64,000 bases of DNA from Octopus vulgaris (taxonomy: Eukaryota), in NCBI GenBank assembly GCA_951406725.2, contig OX597816.1, forward strand, positions 165,292,001 to 165,356,000. Direction: 5' to 3'. The notes under the pieces are model-generated. The model was given only the letters and a program-made list of their open reading frames with translations. It did no database searches and was not told where the DNA came from. Made by a program: the position numbers and the translations under genes. Shown in pieces: positions 1 through 12,812 of the stretch; positions within the stretch are counted from its first letter, which is position 1, and each line of letters begins with the position of its first letter.

Positions 1-97
1 CATACTGTGCAACACCTTGGTTTTTGGGATTGTACAAGGGAGATGGAAAATGTGTAGAAGCCCATCACACACCATATATATATATATATATATATAT

Positions 98-480
98 TAT
101 ATAAAATCCGTTCTGTCTGTCTGTGTGTGTGTCTTCTAGGATCTAGGGCATCCTCCATCCGATTGCACTCAAATTTGATATGTAGATACTGACGGTATTA
201 GGGCGTGTATAAGTCTTGAAAAAATTACAAAAATCGATTCCAGGTGAGAATGCAATCGATAAAGCCGTGGGAATATGCATTTGTACATGCAAGTACACTA
301 GCTGTTGTGATCAATACTACGAGTACATGAGAAAAATGCATGTGCAGTTTGTGCAAAAAAAGCTGGCTGGCTTGAAATAATGCCACAACATGGGACGGTC
401 GTACAAGTTGTTTTGAGAAAATTTGGTTTAAATGTTTGACAACTCAGCACCGTCCATCATTGGACGGGAGGGCGTTTCGG
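98..480 (+). mobile_element. Probable non-autonomous Helitron 5' fragment
   Basis: Begins TATATAAAA followed by a (GTCT)n/(GT)n tract and sits between (TA)n runs, the same 5' layout as the Helitron at 17621. No 3' CTAG end was found. Confidence 0.4.
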
Positions 481-529
481 TTGTATGTATATATATATAT
501 ATATATATATGCTTTATTAATTTTGGAAA

Positions 530-565
530 CTGTCTGATGAATGGGAATGTGAAACTGAGTAACAG
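530..565 (+). ncRNA. Minimal type I hammerhead ribozyme motif in a Penelope-like fragment (511-670)
   Basis: CTGT-CTGATGA-AT(GGGAAT)GT-GAAA-C(TGA)G-TA-ACAG: stem I CUGU/ACAG, intact CUGAUGA and GAAA core, GUA cleavage triplet. Flanked by (TA)n. Confidence 0.75.
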
Positions 566-697
566 CTTTTGTGATATTTTTGCTTTTTAATAAAGCATAT
601 TACTCTACCTTTGATATTCAAGTACAATTTTTTTCCACCTCGTTTCACATTTATGAGCTTACTCTGGTGTGTGTATATATATATACATATATATATA

Positions 698-1497
698 TAT
701 AATTTCAACAATTGAGGGTAAAATTAATTAATTAATCAATTCCACCAAGTGTTCAGTATGCAAAGGGACCATTTAAGGCGAATTCAAATTATTACATTAT
801 ATAAAAGGGCTTAGTAAAATAAATTACTTTGCCGCATACTGAACTCATTAGAAATAGCAGCCAAAAAAAACTTTTTAAAAACTATTTCCAATACTTAAAG
901 AAAATCTCTCTCAAATAGTGCTTGTTCAATTCAACTCACGAAAGTATGAGGGTAGAAACATTAAAAAATCAAATGCAAAGGTTATTTGAGAACGTACGTT
1001 TCAAGATTAGTCAAACTCGACACTTCTATCATCAGCTCAGAACTCCCTGGTTTGGATTTGAAAACACTGAAAGCAGGAGCATACCTATTCGGTTTCCCAT
1101 CGTCTCCGAAGATCTACTCGCAACTAACAGTGCCAACGAATTCAAATATGCAAGCGAAGAATTTCTGCTCTTCCCCTTCCACCAGCGTGGGTTAAAATCA
1201 GCAAACAACATGCTTTTTTTCGGTAAAATCCGAGGCATTAAATAGAGAAAGATGAATTATAATTTCAACAATTGAGGGTAAAATTAATTAATTAATCAAT
1301 TTCACCACGTTCTCAAATAACCTTTGCATTTGATTTTTTAATGTTTCTACCCTCATACTTTCGTGAGTTGAATTGAACAAGCACTATTTGAGAGAGATTT
1401 TCTTTAAGTATTGGAAATAGTTTTTAAAAAGTTTTTTTGGCTGCTATTTCTAATGAGTTCAGTATGCGGCAAAGTAATTTATTTTACTAAGCCCTTT

Positions 1498-1505
<8 letters not shown>
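698..1505 (-). mobile_element. Penelope-like (pLTR) or retrozyme-like insert with a partial tandem repeat and an inverted arm
   Basis: Direct repeat 698-747 = 1258-1307 (period 560); inverted repeat 796-995 vs 1307-1505 (about 200 bp, near perfect); (TA)n on both sides; contains a hammerhead motif. Confidence 0.75.
987..1039 (-). ncRNA. Type I hammerhead ribozyme motif (slightly degenerate)
   Basis: Minus strand: TGAG-CTGATGA-TAGAAGTGTCGAGTTTGACTAATCTT-GAAA-C(GTAC)G-TT-CTCA; stem I UGAG/CUCA, palindromic stem III ACGUACGU, GUU triplet, U-U mismatch at the base of stem II. Confidence 0.65.
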
Positions 1506-1556
<51 letters not shown>

Positions 1557-1915
1557 GGGGGGGGTCTTTGCATTTGTCTTTAACCATCACTTGGCAGCTG
1601 GTGTTGGTTTGTTTACATCACTGATCACTGTAACTTAGTGATTCAGCAAAAGAGACCAACACTGAATAAGCTCAAGGCTTAAAAAAAATAAGCACTGGGG
1701 CGGATTTGTTTGACTAAACTATTCAAAGTAGTGACCCAGCATGGCTGCAGTCCAATGACTGAAGTAAGTAAAAGATAAAAGGCAGAGTGTGTGTGTGGTA
1801 TACATGAGAGAGAAAGAGAGAAAAAAAAAAAGGAACAATACAAAATAGTTGTCATGACACAAGGTGAGTGAGAATAAATTTTATTTATGGGGTCAGGAGT
1901 AAAAGTGAAAACTTA

Positions 1916-2053
<138 letters not shown>

Positions 2054-2317
2054 TTATAACAGGCTTTCTGACATTTACCAAAAGAGCAAATCAATATAAA
2101 TGTATGTGTGTTTATGTCCCAGTAACTTAGCGGTTTGGTAACAGAGACCAACAGAATAAGTACTAAGCTTACAAAGAATAAGTCCTGGGGTCGATTTTTT
2201 TGGCTAAAGGTGGTGCTCTAGGTGGGCGCAGTCAAATGAATGAAACCAGTAAAAGAAATCCTTAACAAACTGAAGTTTGGAACATTTCTATGGAAGGTTT
2301 TAATTTGAATCACTTTA

Positions 2318-2527
2318 CCCCTTTCGTTACCAACTTGGCTGAAACCACCTCTGGCTCTGTAGTACAAATGTCTTGGTTTCATAAGTTTTGAATTAAAATC
2401 TTCCACCAAACCTTAGTCACAATTTATGTTCCTAACACTAGCTTAATGATAACTAAGTTATTTTACTAAGTTCTTTGGTATATTTAAAATTAAATGAAAG
2501 AAATACAGAGCATCTCAAAATAAGGGT
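2318..2527 (-). mobile_element. piggyBac-type MITE, family P1, single copy
   Basis: CCCTTTCG...AAGGG-TTAA ends; internal sequence shared with the copies at 12828, 13080, 25560, 39350, 48851 and 57665. Confidence 0.7.
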
Positions 2528-3387
2528 TAAAATGGGGAATTTATATTACTGAACCAGGAGCAGTTTCATGACCAGTTGGGCTATCTAAATATTGGTTTCA
2601 AATTTTGGCACAAGACCAGGAACTTGGGGGGGGGGCACTAGCCAATTACATCAACCCCAGTGTTTAACTAGTCCTTACATAAAGCCAGAAGAAATGATGC
2701 TAAACATTTTGTCCCGCATGTTAACGATTCTGCCAACTCATGACCGTAATAACAACAGAGTCAAATTTTGGCAGAAAGACAGCAATTTCAAGAGGAGGAG
2801 ACATATTTAAATATTAAATGCTTTCTATCATCAAAACATGCCTGTCTACCTTCAAAGTATCTTTGTTGTTTTCAGCTAAAAGAATCATGTCGGGCCAAAG
2901 CAGGTTTTCATTCATTTAGTATTCTAGTAATTGATTTCTGACATGGACCCAAGGCCTCGAGAAAGGGCATAGTTGATTATGTCTCTCCACCATTTGGCTG
3001 GTATTTAATTTTATTGATTGTGTACTGATGAATAGCAGACTTGACCTTAGTAACAGCTGAACTCAGAACATCAAACGATGAAATAACAGAAAAGCTATTT
3101 TGTTTACTGCTCTACATATTCTGCCAATTACCATTAATACAGCATTTTAATATTAATCACCTTCATAGGGCAACAAAGCTGGCAAAATCATTAGTATGCC
3201 AAGCAAAATGCTTTAGTGGCATCTCACATGTCTTCACATTCTGAGAGCAAATTCCACCAAGGTCGACTTTGCCGTTCAGCCTTTCAAAGCACTGGGATCA
3301 ATGTACTCAACTTAACCAACTCCCTTGGAATTGCTGGCTTTCAACCAAAATTTTAAACCATTATCATTATTATTATTATCATTACTA

Positions 3388-3958
3388 AGTTGGTGAGCTG
3401 GCAGAAATGTTAGCATGCCGGGCGAAATGCTTCGCAGTATTTCGTCTGTCTTTACATTCTGAGTTCAACTTTGCCTTTCATCCATTCGGTGTCAATCTAA
3501 TCGAGTGGCCCAGGACTTGTGCCTAGAGTAGAAAAGATTATTATTATTATTATTACTAAGGTTGTGAGCTGGCAGAATCGTTAGCACATGAGGCAAAATG
3601 CTTAGTGGTATTTCATCTGCCATTATGTTCTGAGTTCAAATTCCACCAAGGTCGACTTTGCCTTTCATCCTTTCGGGGTCGATTAAATAAGTACTAGTTA
3701 CGCACTGGGGTTGATGTAATCGACTTAATGCGTTTTTCTGTCCTTGTTTGTCCTCTCTGTGTTTATCCCCTTGTGGGTAGTAAAGAAATAGGTATTTCAT
3801 CTGTTTTTACATTCTGAGTTCAAATTCCGCAGAGGTTGACTGTGCCTCTTATTCTTTCAGCAGTGACAAAATAAGTACCAGTTGAATACTGGGGTCAATG
3901 TAATCAACTTACCCACTCCCCTGAAGTTGCTGGCCTTGTGCCAAAATTTGAAACCAAT
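3388..3958 (+). mobile_element. Tandem cluster of tRNA-headed SINE family B
   Basis: Heads GGTGAGCTGGCAGAA (A-box-like) and GAGTTCAAATTCC (B-box-like), body GTCGACTTTGCCTTTCATCCTTTCGGGGTCGAT..AAGTACCAG (resembles the Nin/Deu SINE central domain), (ATT)n spacers. Confidence 0.75.
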
Positions 3959-4331
3959 ACTAATTACATTCATAATCTTGACAGTCTTGTTTACTTTTTT
4001 GCAGTCTGGGCTCCTGAAATAGAGCTGACTGCATGTCTGATGTATCATCTTTCTTTGTTAAATCATTAAGTTTAATGAAGTGACCCCAAGTTTGCCCTTG
4101 GCTGTCTCTACAGACAATATCTCCCACAAAGTCATAGCATTTTTCAAATACAGTTAGGGTGTGTGTGTGGTTAAGAAGGTAGCTTCTCAATCATGTGGTT
4201 TGGGGTTCAGTCCCTTGTGCAACACATTGGGCAGGTATCTCTTATCAGCCAAACAAAGTTTTATGAGAGGATTTGGTAGAGGGAAACTGAAAAAAGACTG
4301 TCATCATATATATATATATATGGATATAAGT

Positions 4332-4665
4332 GAAGGTGCATGGCTCAGTGGTTACAGCGTTGAGCTTACAATCGTAAGGTTGTGAGTTTGAATCCCAGAC
4401 CGGGCTGCATGTTGTGTTCTTGAGCAAGACACTTTATTTCACGTCACTCCAGTTCACTCAGCTGTAGAAATGAGTTACCACGTCACAGGTGCCAGGCTGT
4501 ATAGGTGTTTACCTTTCCCTTGGATAACACTGGTGGCATGGAGAGGGAAGGCTGGTATGCATGGGCGACTGCTGGTCTTCCATAAACAACCTTGCCCGGA
4601 CTTGTGCCTGGGAGGGTAACTTTCTAGGTGCAATCCCACGGTCAGTCATGACCAAAGGGGGTCTC
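4332..4665 (+). mobile_element. tRNA-derived SINE family D
   Basis: TGGCTCAGTGG A-box, GAGTTTGAATCCC B-box, TTGTGTTCTTGAGCAAGACACTTTATTTCAC body; inverted near-identical copy at 43492-43823. Confidence 0.75.
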
Positions 4666-6642
4666 AATATCAATATATATAGTTGAGATTTACAGAAAAA
4701 CAAAAGACAAAGACATGTGTATAAACAAGAAACAGGTGTATTAGTTTAATTGCTCAGGAATGTGAGAAAGTCTTTTATGCTTTGAGCCTACGCTCTTGAG
4801 AAGAAAGGAACACAAGGAAATAAACAAAGAGAGAATAAAAAGAATATAAGTGTGTGTGGCCAATGCCAGCATTCGCCTGGTGTGCTAACATTTCTTATTT
4901 CTTTATTGCCCACAAGGGGCTAAACATAGAGGGGACAAACAAGGACAGACAAAGGGATTAAGTCGATTACATCGACCCCAATGCGTGACTGGTACTTAAT
5001 TTACCGACCCTGAAAGGATGAAAAGCAAAATTGACCTTGGCGGAATTTGAACTCAGAACATAAAGACAGATGAAATACCACTAAGCATTTCACCCAGCAT
5101 GCTAATGTTTCTGCCAGCTCGCTGCATGTCCAGGATTGATATGTTGCTTGATAGGTTAGTCCACATTACTCTGTGAGGAGTATATGGCTGGTTTCCTGGC
5201 TTGTCTGGCATATACATTCCTCCCTGGATGGGGTGCTGGTCCACTGCAGGGTTTACCAGCTGAGCAGACTGGAGCAATGTGAAATGGAGTGTTTTGCCCA
5301 AGGACATAATGCACCGCCTCATCCTGGAATCAGAAACCCAATCTTATGATCACTAGTCCAACATGCTAACCACTAAGCCATGTGCCTGCAACTGTTGCGC
5401 AACAGACTAGGAGGCTATTACACTGCAGAGAAGCAAGAAGGAGTTGCTAACAAGAAGGACACCCAGTCATAGAAAACTGTCCGCAAATGTATTCTTGTGA
5501 AACTTATGCAAGTATGAGAAAGTAAACAAAGAGATGATGATATGTTAGTCATAACAGTGCCCACCACCTGTACAAGCCCTCTCACACTGTAGACACCATC
5601 TACATAGCATAATTGAGACTAACAAAATCATGTCTTTTGCCTAATCTACCAAAACCCTTGATGGACAACTATAATTTCTTCATGGTCAGACATTTCATAT
5701 AAATTTACTTAACTTATCTAAAAGACAAAATTCACCCTGTTCTTTCCTAACCATTAAAGACTCTCTCTCTGATTATTATCTATTCTCACTGCCAGATGGT
5801 AGACAGCTTATTTATTTCTCATTTTTCAAGCCATTTCTAAGACAGGACTATCAATTAACTAAGAATATTTCATTTTCATTTTGAATAAATGAGCATTCCT
5901 CCATGTCAGTCAAATTCTAATATAAATTAAAACAGAAACAAATTTATTAGGCTTCACTGTAACATTATTTTTAACGTGATGTACATAAAAAGTGCCCAGT
6001 ACACATTGTAAAACAGTTGGCATGAGGAAGGGAATCCAGCTGTAGAAACCATGCCAAGACTGATAATTGAAGCCTGGTGCAACGTTCCAGCCTGTCAGCT
6101 CCAGTCAAACTGTCCAACCCTTACCAGCATGGAAAACAGATGTTAAATAATGATGATTGATAAGCCTCTCAGAACTCATCTCTTATTAAGAAATATATAT
6201 TTTCAGCTACACACACAGCCAGCCAAAAATATTGCTATACAGCAAGAAGCAATTATTTAAGTTATATAATACCATAACAACTGACAGATTTTATGTAGTG
6301 AAGAGAGCAGAGGCATTTTTTTTTTCCTTTTTAGATTGGAACCTTACAAACATTACAGTAAGATCAAACATGTATTGAAATAATTTAAAAGATAATTGGT
6401 GATTCATCATCATCATCATCATCAACATTTAACCCCATAACATTGGTTGATGTAAAGTTATGTGCTTTGTGCAATTGCTCTGAATCAGATGATGAAAATA
6501 TATACGCAGAGACCTATCTGTCATGGCTTTGTACCTATTTATGTACTGGTTGATATTAACATCCGCTATCACTCACAGAATCGATAATAGAGGCCACCAT
6601 GCAAATTTCAAGGATAGGTTTGTTAGACTCTTCATGTAATAG

Positions 6643-6824
6643 ACGTAGGAATGGCTGTGTGGTAAGTAACTTGCTTACGAACCACATAAGTTCGGGTTTA
6701 GTCCCACTGCGTGGCACCTTGGGCAAGTGTCTTCTACTATAGCCTCAGGCCGACCAAAGCCTTGTGAATGGATTTGGTAGCCGGAAACTGAAAGAAGCCC
6801 ATCGTATATATGTGTGTGTGAGTG

Positions 6825-6857
<33 letters not shown>

Positions 6858-6897
6858 TTGTGTGTCTGTGTTTGTCCATCCTCAACATCGCTTGACA
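6643..6897 (+). mobile_element. SINE family A, 3' truncated
   Basis: TGGCTGTGTGG A-box, GGTTTAGTCCC B-box, CTTGGGCAAGTGTCTTC (CORE-like) and an internal TA/TG tract; same family as 48214-48620. Confidence 0.8.
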
Positions 6898-7256
6898 TAG
6901 ATATGCAAGTTCTTTTTGCACCTGGATTTATAGCACTGTTATAAAACGGAGTTTAATGACCTGTTTCGAACTGGAAACACTTTTGATATTTATAAAATCA
7001 GTTCTTTCTCATTCACTCTTTCGACACACACATCTCAAAAGTTAATAGACACCCCTCATTACACCGTTGTGTCTGTGTAGAGACAATATTCACCACGATA
7101 CTCAAACAAGTTAAACCATTAGAAAGTGTTCAAGGCATGTCTGACAAATACTAGATTAAGTATTTAAGTGCATCGAATGACATTTTGCTTCTAGAAATTA
7201 ACCTTTACAAAAAACATGTGCCTGTTTTACTTTGGAGGTGTCTGTGTATATATTCA

Positions 7257-7358
<102 letters not shown>

Positions 7359-8159
7359 TTAATACACAAGAACATTCAGTAAAGCAAAACAAAATGAAAG
7401 CAGGATATTTCATATATATAAAAAAAAAGACAGAATTGTCTCTTATCACAAGAGACAATCATTGCCAGGACATTTGTGCTATCAAATCATTGTAACTTCT
7501 CTATAACCTACACAAATCACATACGTATGATCACCCTAACAGCGGAGGTTTAATCAAATCTACCTGTTGGGTTTACATTTTAAGAATGTACTTGTTCAAG
7601 GTGGTGCACAATGGGACTTTTGGGTTCAGTTTCTCTGCAGCTCACCTTGGCAACTGTCTTCTATTATAACTTCAGGCAGGCTCATCAAAGCCTTGTAAAT
7701 GGATATGGTAGATGGAAACTAAAAGAAGCCCACCAAATATAATATACATGTGTCTGCGCATCATGGTTTTGTTTTGGGATGGTTTCTATGCTCTTCCTAA
7801 TGGAAGTGTACTGGACACTTTTTTCATGAAACTAATGATGTCACATAGCAATTTGCAAGACTATATACACACACACACACTTGTTAATAAAAATAGTCAA
7901 ATATTAACTACAGAATCATGCAACACATTTAAGAGTAACAAATTTATATTTACAGGCAAAAAGTAACATCAAAATCACTTCATCATAATATAGACATATG
8001 TGTGTATGTGTAGGAACTTAACAAATGGTTCTTAGAGACTGAAGGTTCTAATTTAAACATAAACAGTTTAACAAGCAACTGTTGTAGTCCAAGTGGCTTA
8101 GGTTTCAAAACAGTTAAATGTTTTTACTTGAAAGGACAGAAAGTGATGGTTTTACTTAC

Positions 8160-8206
8160 GCGTCCAAAATAGATTCTCGACAGCTGTATAGGTTATCAAA
8201 TTTGGT
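8160..8206 (-). CDS. AHCYL1: AHCY-like coding exon F
   Basis: tttcag|ACCAAA...GACGC|gtaagt; 47 nt; TKFDNLYSCRESILD(A). Confidence 0.95.
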
Positions 8207-8539
8207 CTGAAATTCAGAAAAGAAGGTTAAAAAAATGATGTCCTTATAGATTTACTTCAATCTTTGGAATAATTGCAGAAGACTGCAAGCCAAAAATTCA
8301 TCAACATAAAAATCAAATTATAAATTCTTCAGTGCAAATTACACACATACATTTTCTTCTTTTCTCTCTCTTTCTCTTTCTCAAAGACTCACTCACAAAC
8401 TCATAATTATAGAGCTCTAATTGGTTCAGTTAATAGATGGCGAGTGAACTAAACAAAATTCTGAATAGTTATTTTTCTTGTCACTATCACTGAGTATGTA
8501 GCAAGACATCTGCCCAGATTTTTATATATATATATGTGT

Positions 8540-8985
8540 TGGTGGCACATTAAAGAAAAGCACCACCTGAATGAGGTTGATGCCTCCTGACTGGCTCCTG
8601 TGCCAGTGGAATGTAAAAAGCACCACCCAAATGTGGTCGATGCTAGTGACCCCTGACTGGCTCAAGTGCCGGTGGCATGTAAAAAAGCACCATGCAAATG
8701 TGGTCAATGCCAGAGCCTCCTGACTGGCTCCCATGCCGTTGGCACATAAAAAACACCATCCGAATGTGGTCAATGCCAGGGACTCCTGGCTGACTCCTGT
8801 GCCACTGGCACATAAAAAGCACCTGCTACACTCTCAGAGTGGTTAATGTTAGGAAGGGCATCCAGCTGTAGAAACTCTGCCAGATCAGATTGGAGCCTGG
8901 TGCAGCCTACTGGCTTTCCAGACATCAGTCAAACCATCCAACCCATGCCAGCATGGAAAATGGACATGAAACGATGATGATGATG
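8540..8985 (+). mobile_element. RTE LINE 3'UTR fragment (family E) with about 60-bp tandem units and a (GAT)n tail
   Basis: Repeated TGGCAC(A/G)TAAAAAGCACC units, then GTTAGGAAGGGCATCCAGCTGTAGAAA...CAACCCATGCCAGCATGGAAAA..(GAT)n. Copies at 19197 and 39740 join this tail to an RTE C-terminal ORF remnant. Confidence 0.75.
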
Positions 8986-9827
8986 TTGACTGACCTGTCT
9001 GCTTGGTGTTGAAACCACATTGGATTTCAACAGGACAGCCGATGATGGGACATTGTTGATTTAGAGAAATTTTATTGTGGCGTTTATGTAATTGTCTGTG
9101 AATTTCTCTTTTGGGTTGTTCTTTTGTATGGTTTCAAATTCTTCAGCGTATTGATAGAATCTCTGTGTTTAGGTCTTGTTTCTTTCTACTTTATTAAAAT
9201 GTTATGGTTAAGAGACTATAAAGGTCATACATCTGATTGGATCTAGATTAAAGTTTTAGATTATTATTAACATCATTCACCATAAATTTAATGATTTACA
9301 AGGTGAGGCATTAGCTAGTAATTATATTACAGAGGATTTGTAACACACCACATAGTTCATTGGTTCACATGTAATAAAGTATGAACTACTGCCTTACCTA
9401 CACAAACTGTAATAAGTATGTACTGTTGTCTGGCCAATATAAAATTCTTAACATTATTGTTATATTTGTGAATACATGTGATCTGAAGGATTTCTGGAGT
9501 AACTTTACTCAACAAAATGGGCAGTTTGGGGATCAGAGTGTCTCTCCAAGTCAAGCTGCTGCTTCACCATTTTGGGAGGTCCCAGCACAAGTACGACAGA
9601 TGTGATTAGTATGTCACAAGAAAGAATTGCAAGGGAGATTCTTCAAGCTGAACAAACAAGCAGGAGACCTCAGGACAGAACAAAATCAAGATGTTTGGAT
9701 AATATCCAGTTTCAATAGCTCATGCTTAGGAATCCATCCGAAAAGTGTGATGGCAGTTGCTTCTGATAGGACCCTATGAAGGAAGTGCTAGAGAAAATGG
9801 ATGGATGGATAGATAGATAAAGCATCA

Positions 9828-10028
<201 letters not shown>

Positions 10029-10224
10029 TTAGCAATGAACAATTTTAGCATTTATCGATCTGGTTGAGACAACACTTTTCCATATGAGTCATTCATATCT
10101 TAGAAAATTAGTGCAGAGATAATAATAATAATAATGATGATGGCACAAAGCCAGAAATTTTTAGGAGGGATGTGTATGTCGAATACCTTAACAGAGTGCT
10201 CTTTTATTTTTTCTTTCTTAGCAG

Positions 10225-10495
10225 CATACACCCGGGGTGGGTTGAGCTGGCTTCAATTCATCCTCAATGCTGCATCTCTCACAAACGCCGACCAGACCTG
10301 GCGATTTGAGGCTAACGACTGCGTGATCTCCAACCACTCCTTATTTCAGCGGCGAACACCGTAGATATGGGAGCCTAGGTTGGGTTTCAGATCAGCCTTG
10401 ACTGTCATCAGCCAGGTTTTTCGTTGTCCACCAACCCTGAAGGGGAGCTGAGGCAATTGCTTCGTAGATGAAGATCCTTCAAGCATTCCTCATGT
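10225..10495 (-). mobile_element. RTE-clade LINE 3' ORF remnant
   Basis: Minus-strand translation GGQRKTWLMTVKADLKPNLGSHIYGVRR*NKEWLEITQSLASNRQVWSAFVRDAALRMN*, an RTE-like C-terminus with an internal stop. Confidence 0.65.
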
Positions 10496-11094
10496 ACAGA
10501 GTGCTCTGCTGCTACTTTATTTTAATCAACCCCTAAGGGATGAAAGGAAAAGTTGCCCTTGGCAGGATTTCAACTCAGAATGTAAAGAGCTAGAACAATG
10601 AGTGCAAAGCATTGTTTGACCTGCTGAAGTGTAACTAATTAAGAGATGACGTTGAGGATATTCTCACTGATAACCACACACACACACATATGTATGTGTG
10701 TATATATCTGTGCATGAAAATATTGCTGGGTATGGGGAAATATTACTTCACTTAAAAACAGGTGAGAGCTGGTACCAGGAAAGGCTGTAGAAAATCTGTC
10801 TCAACAAATGCAAGTATGGAAAGGTGGATGTTAAAATAAAGAGGAGTTCAACATAAAGCTGCCTCCCTCTCTACTGTTGTGCCACTCAGTCAAAGAGAGT
10901 TGGTTTTAGGAGGTATATGGCCACCTCACAAGTGCTGGTGCAAAGAAAAAAAATATGGAGCATCCAGTACATGACGTAAAGTGGTTGGCAGGAAGGACAT
11001 CCATCTTTAGAAACCATGAAGTAAAAAAACACTGGAACACAACATAGTCCTTGGATCATCTGATCCTGTCAAACTGTTCAACCCATGACAGTCA

Positions 11095-11300
11095 TCATCA
11101 TCATCATCATCATCATCGTTTAGCGTCCGCTTTCCATGCTGGCATGGGTTGGACGGTGCAACTGGGGTCTGGGAAGCCAGAAGGCTGCACCAGGCCCAGT
11201 CTGATCTGGCAATATTTCTACGGCTGGATGCCCTTCCTAACGCCAACCACTCCATGAGTGTAGTGGGTGCTTTTACGTGCCACCGGCACGGAGGCCAGGC
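11095..11300 (-). mobile_element. RTE 3'UTR fragment (family E), CpG-intact and probably young
   Basis: Reverse complement of the family E tail; (CAT)n at 11091-11117. Confidence 0.75.
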
Positions 11301-11935
11301 GAAAATAAATAATGATGAATGATGATATTGATGGTATCAAACTTTTTATTCTCTGCCTCCAAAGGACAAAATTATGGCAAAATTAACATCATATTTTATA
11401 TTTGCTATAAACTTTTACTCTGAACAATAACAGGTCTGTAACAAACAATTATTATTTATATCTAGAGTCTAGCTTAAAAATATAGAATGACTCAGGGTAG
11501 AGCAAAATGTTTTCTCATGAAGTGCTCACCCCGTTCTTAGAGTACATTTTACCAACAAGTCTGATTAGAAATTATTCAAAATGGTAGCTAAACAAATACA
11601 AAGGCCTACGGTAACTAATCTAAATAGCATTAAGAAATTCAACTCTCTTACTGCTTCTAGCCATTCGTATAGCAGCTAAAAACAGTTTAAAATTCCTGTG
11701 AGATAAGTCTGCAAAGAATGAATGTATTTTCTCAAACAAATAAAATAAAGGTATAAAAAGCTACTGAATGAAATTATTTGTAGAATATAAACTAAGAGGA
11801 ATTAAATTTTGGCAATAAAGCTGTGCATTTAAATGGAAAAAAAAAAGTGGGGGGGGGGGGGGAAGTGGAGTGGTAGAACTTCATTTTTGTATTTGGTTTG
11901 CAAGATTCTTGATGTGAATTTGTGTGATGAAACAA

Positions 11936-12218
11936 ATCTTGTGTCTTGGGAAGGTCATTACACCAATAATGATAATACATGTACTGGTTCAATATCACTT
12001 CTCCACTGTTACTCAGTTGGTTAGATATCTAACCAGCTAATGAATCAATCGTTTGTTTAATGTGCTGAGTAAGAACTTTGACTAACAAACAACTAATTAG
12101 CACATTAAATGAATGATTGAGTACTTAGATATTTAACCAATTGACTAACAATAAAGAAGTGATACAAAACCAATGCATGTGTTATTATTGGGGTAGTGGC
12201 CCTCCCAAGACACAAGAT
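11936..12218. repeat. Fold-back element with imperfect inverted arms, copy 1
   Basis: ATCTTGTGTCTTGGGAAGGTCATTACACCAATAAT... pairs with ...ATTATTGGGGTAGTGGCCCTCCCAAGACACAAGAT; related copy at 16918-17098. Confidence 0.7.
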
Positions 12219-12420
12219 AAGTGGTAGTATGTAGCGACTACGAAAAAAAAAAAAAGCTTGTAATAAAATTTGTGTGTTGCTGAAAAGGGAATCTTTGATG
12301 TTAGGACAAGGAGCTTGTTTGAAGAAATGAGAGGTTTATCTGGAAAGCTATAAACTTTTCAACACAACTCAGATTTCTTTCTCCATCTCATCACTCACAC
12401 AAACTTATTTTATGCAATTA

Positions 12421-12708
<288 letters not shown>

Positions 12709-12812
12709 TTATAATTAACGAGAGAAAATGAAATATAAAGTTTTTTGAGGATTTGTAAATTCTATGTTGAATGAAAAAATGTAATTGAAATAATATTTTC
12801 AGGATTTTTTTA

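Noticed and set aside
922-1245. 107-aa ORF and overlapping ORFs
   Set aside because: They lie within the inverted and tandem repeat insert and show no recognisable motif or splice context.
9120-9155. CTGAAGA...GAAAC on the minus strand as a hammerhead
   Set aside because: No stem II and no stem I pairing; probably chance.
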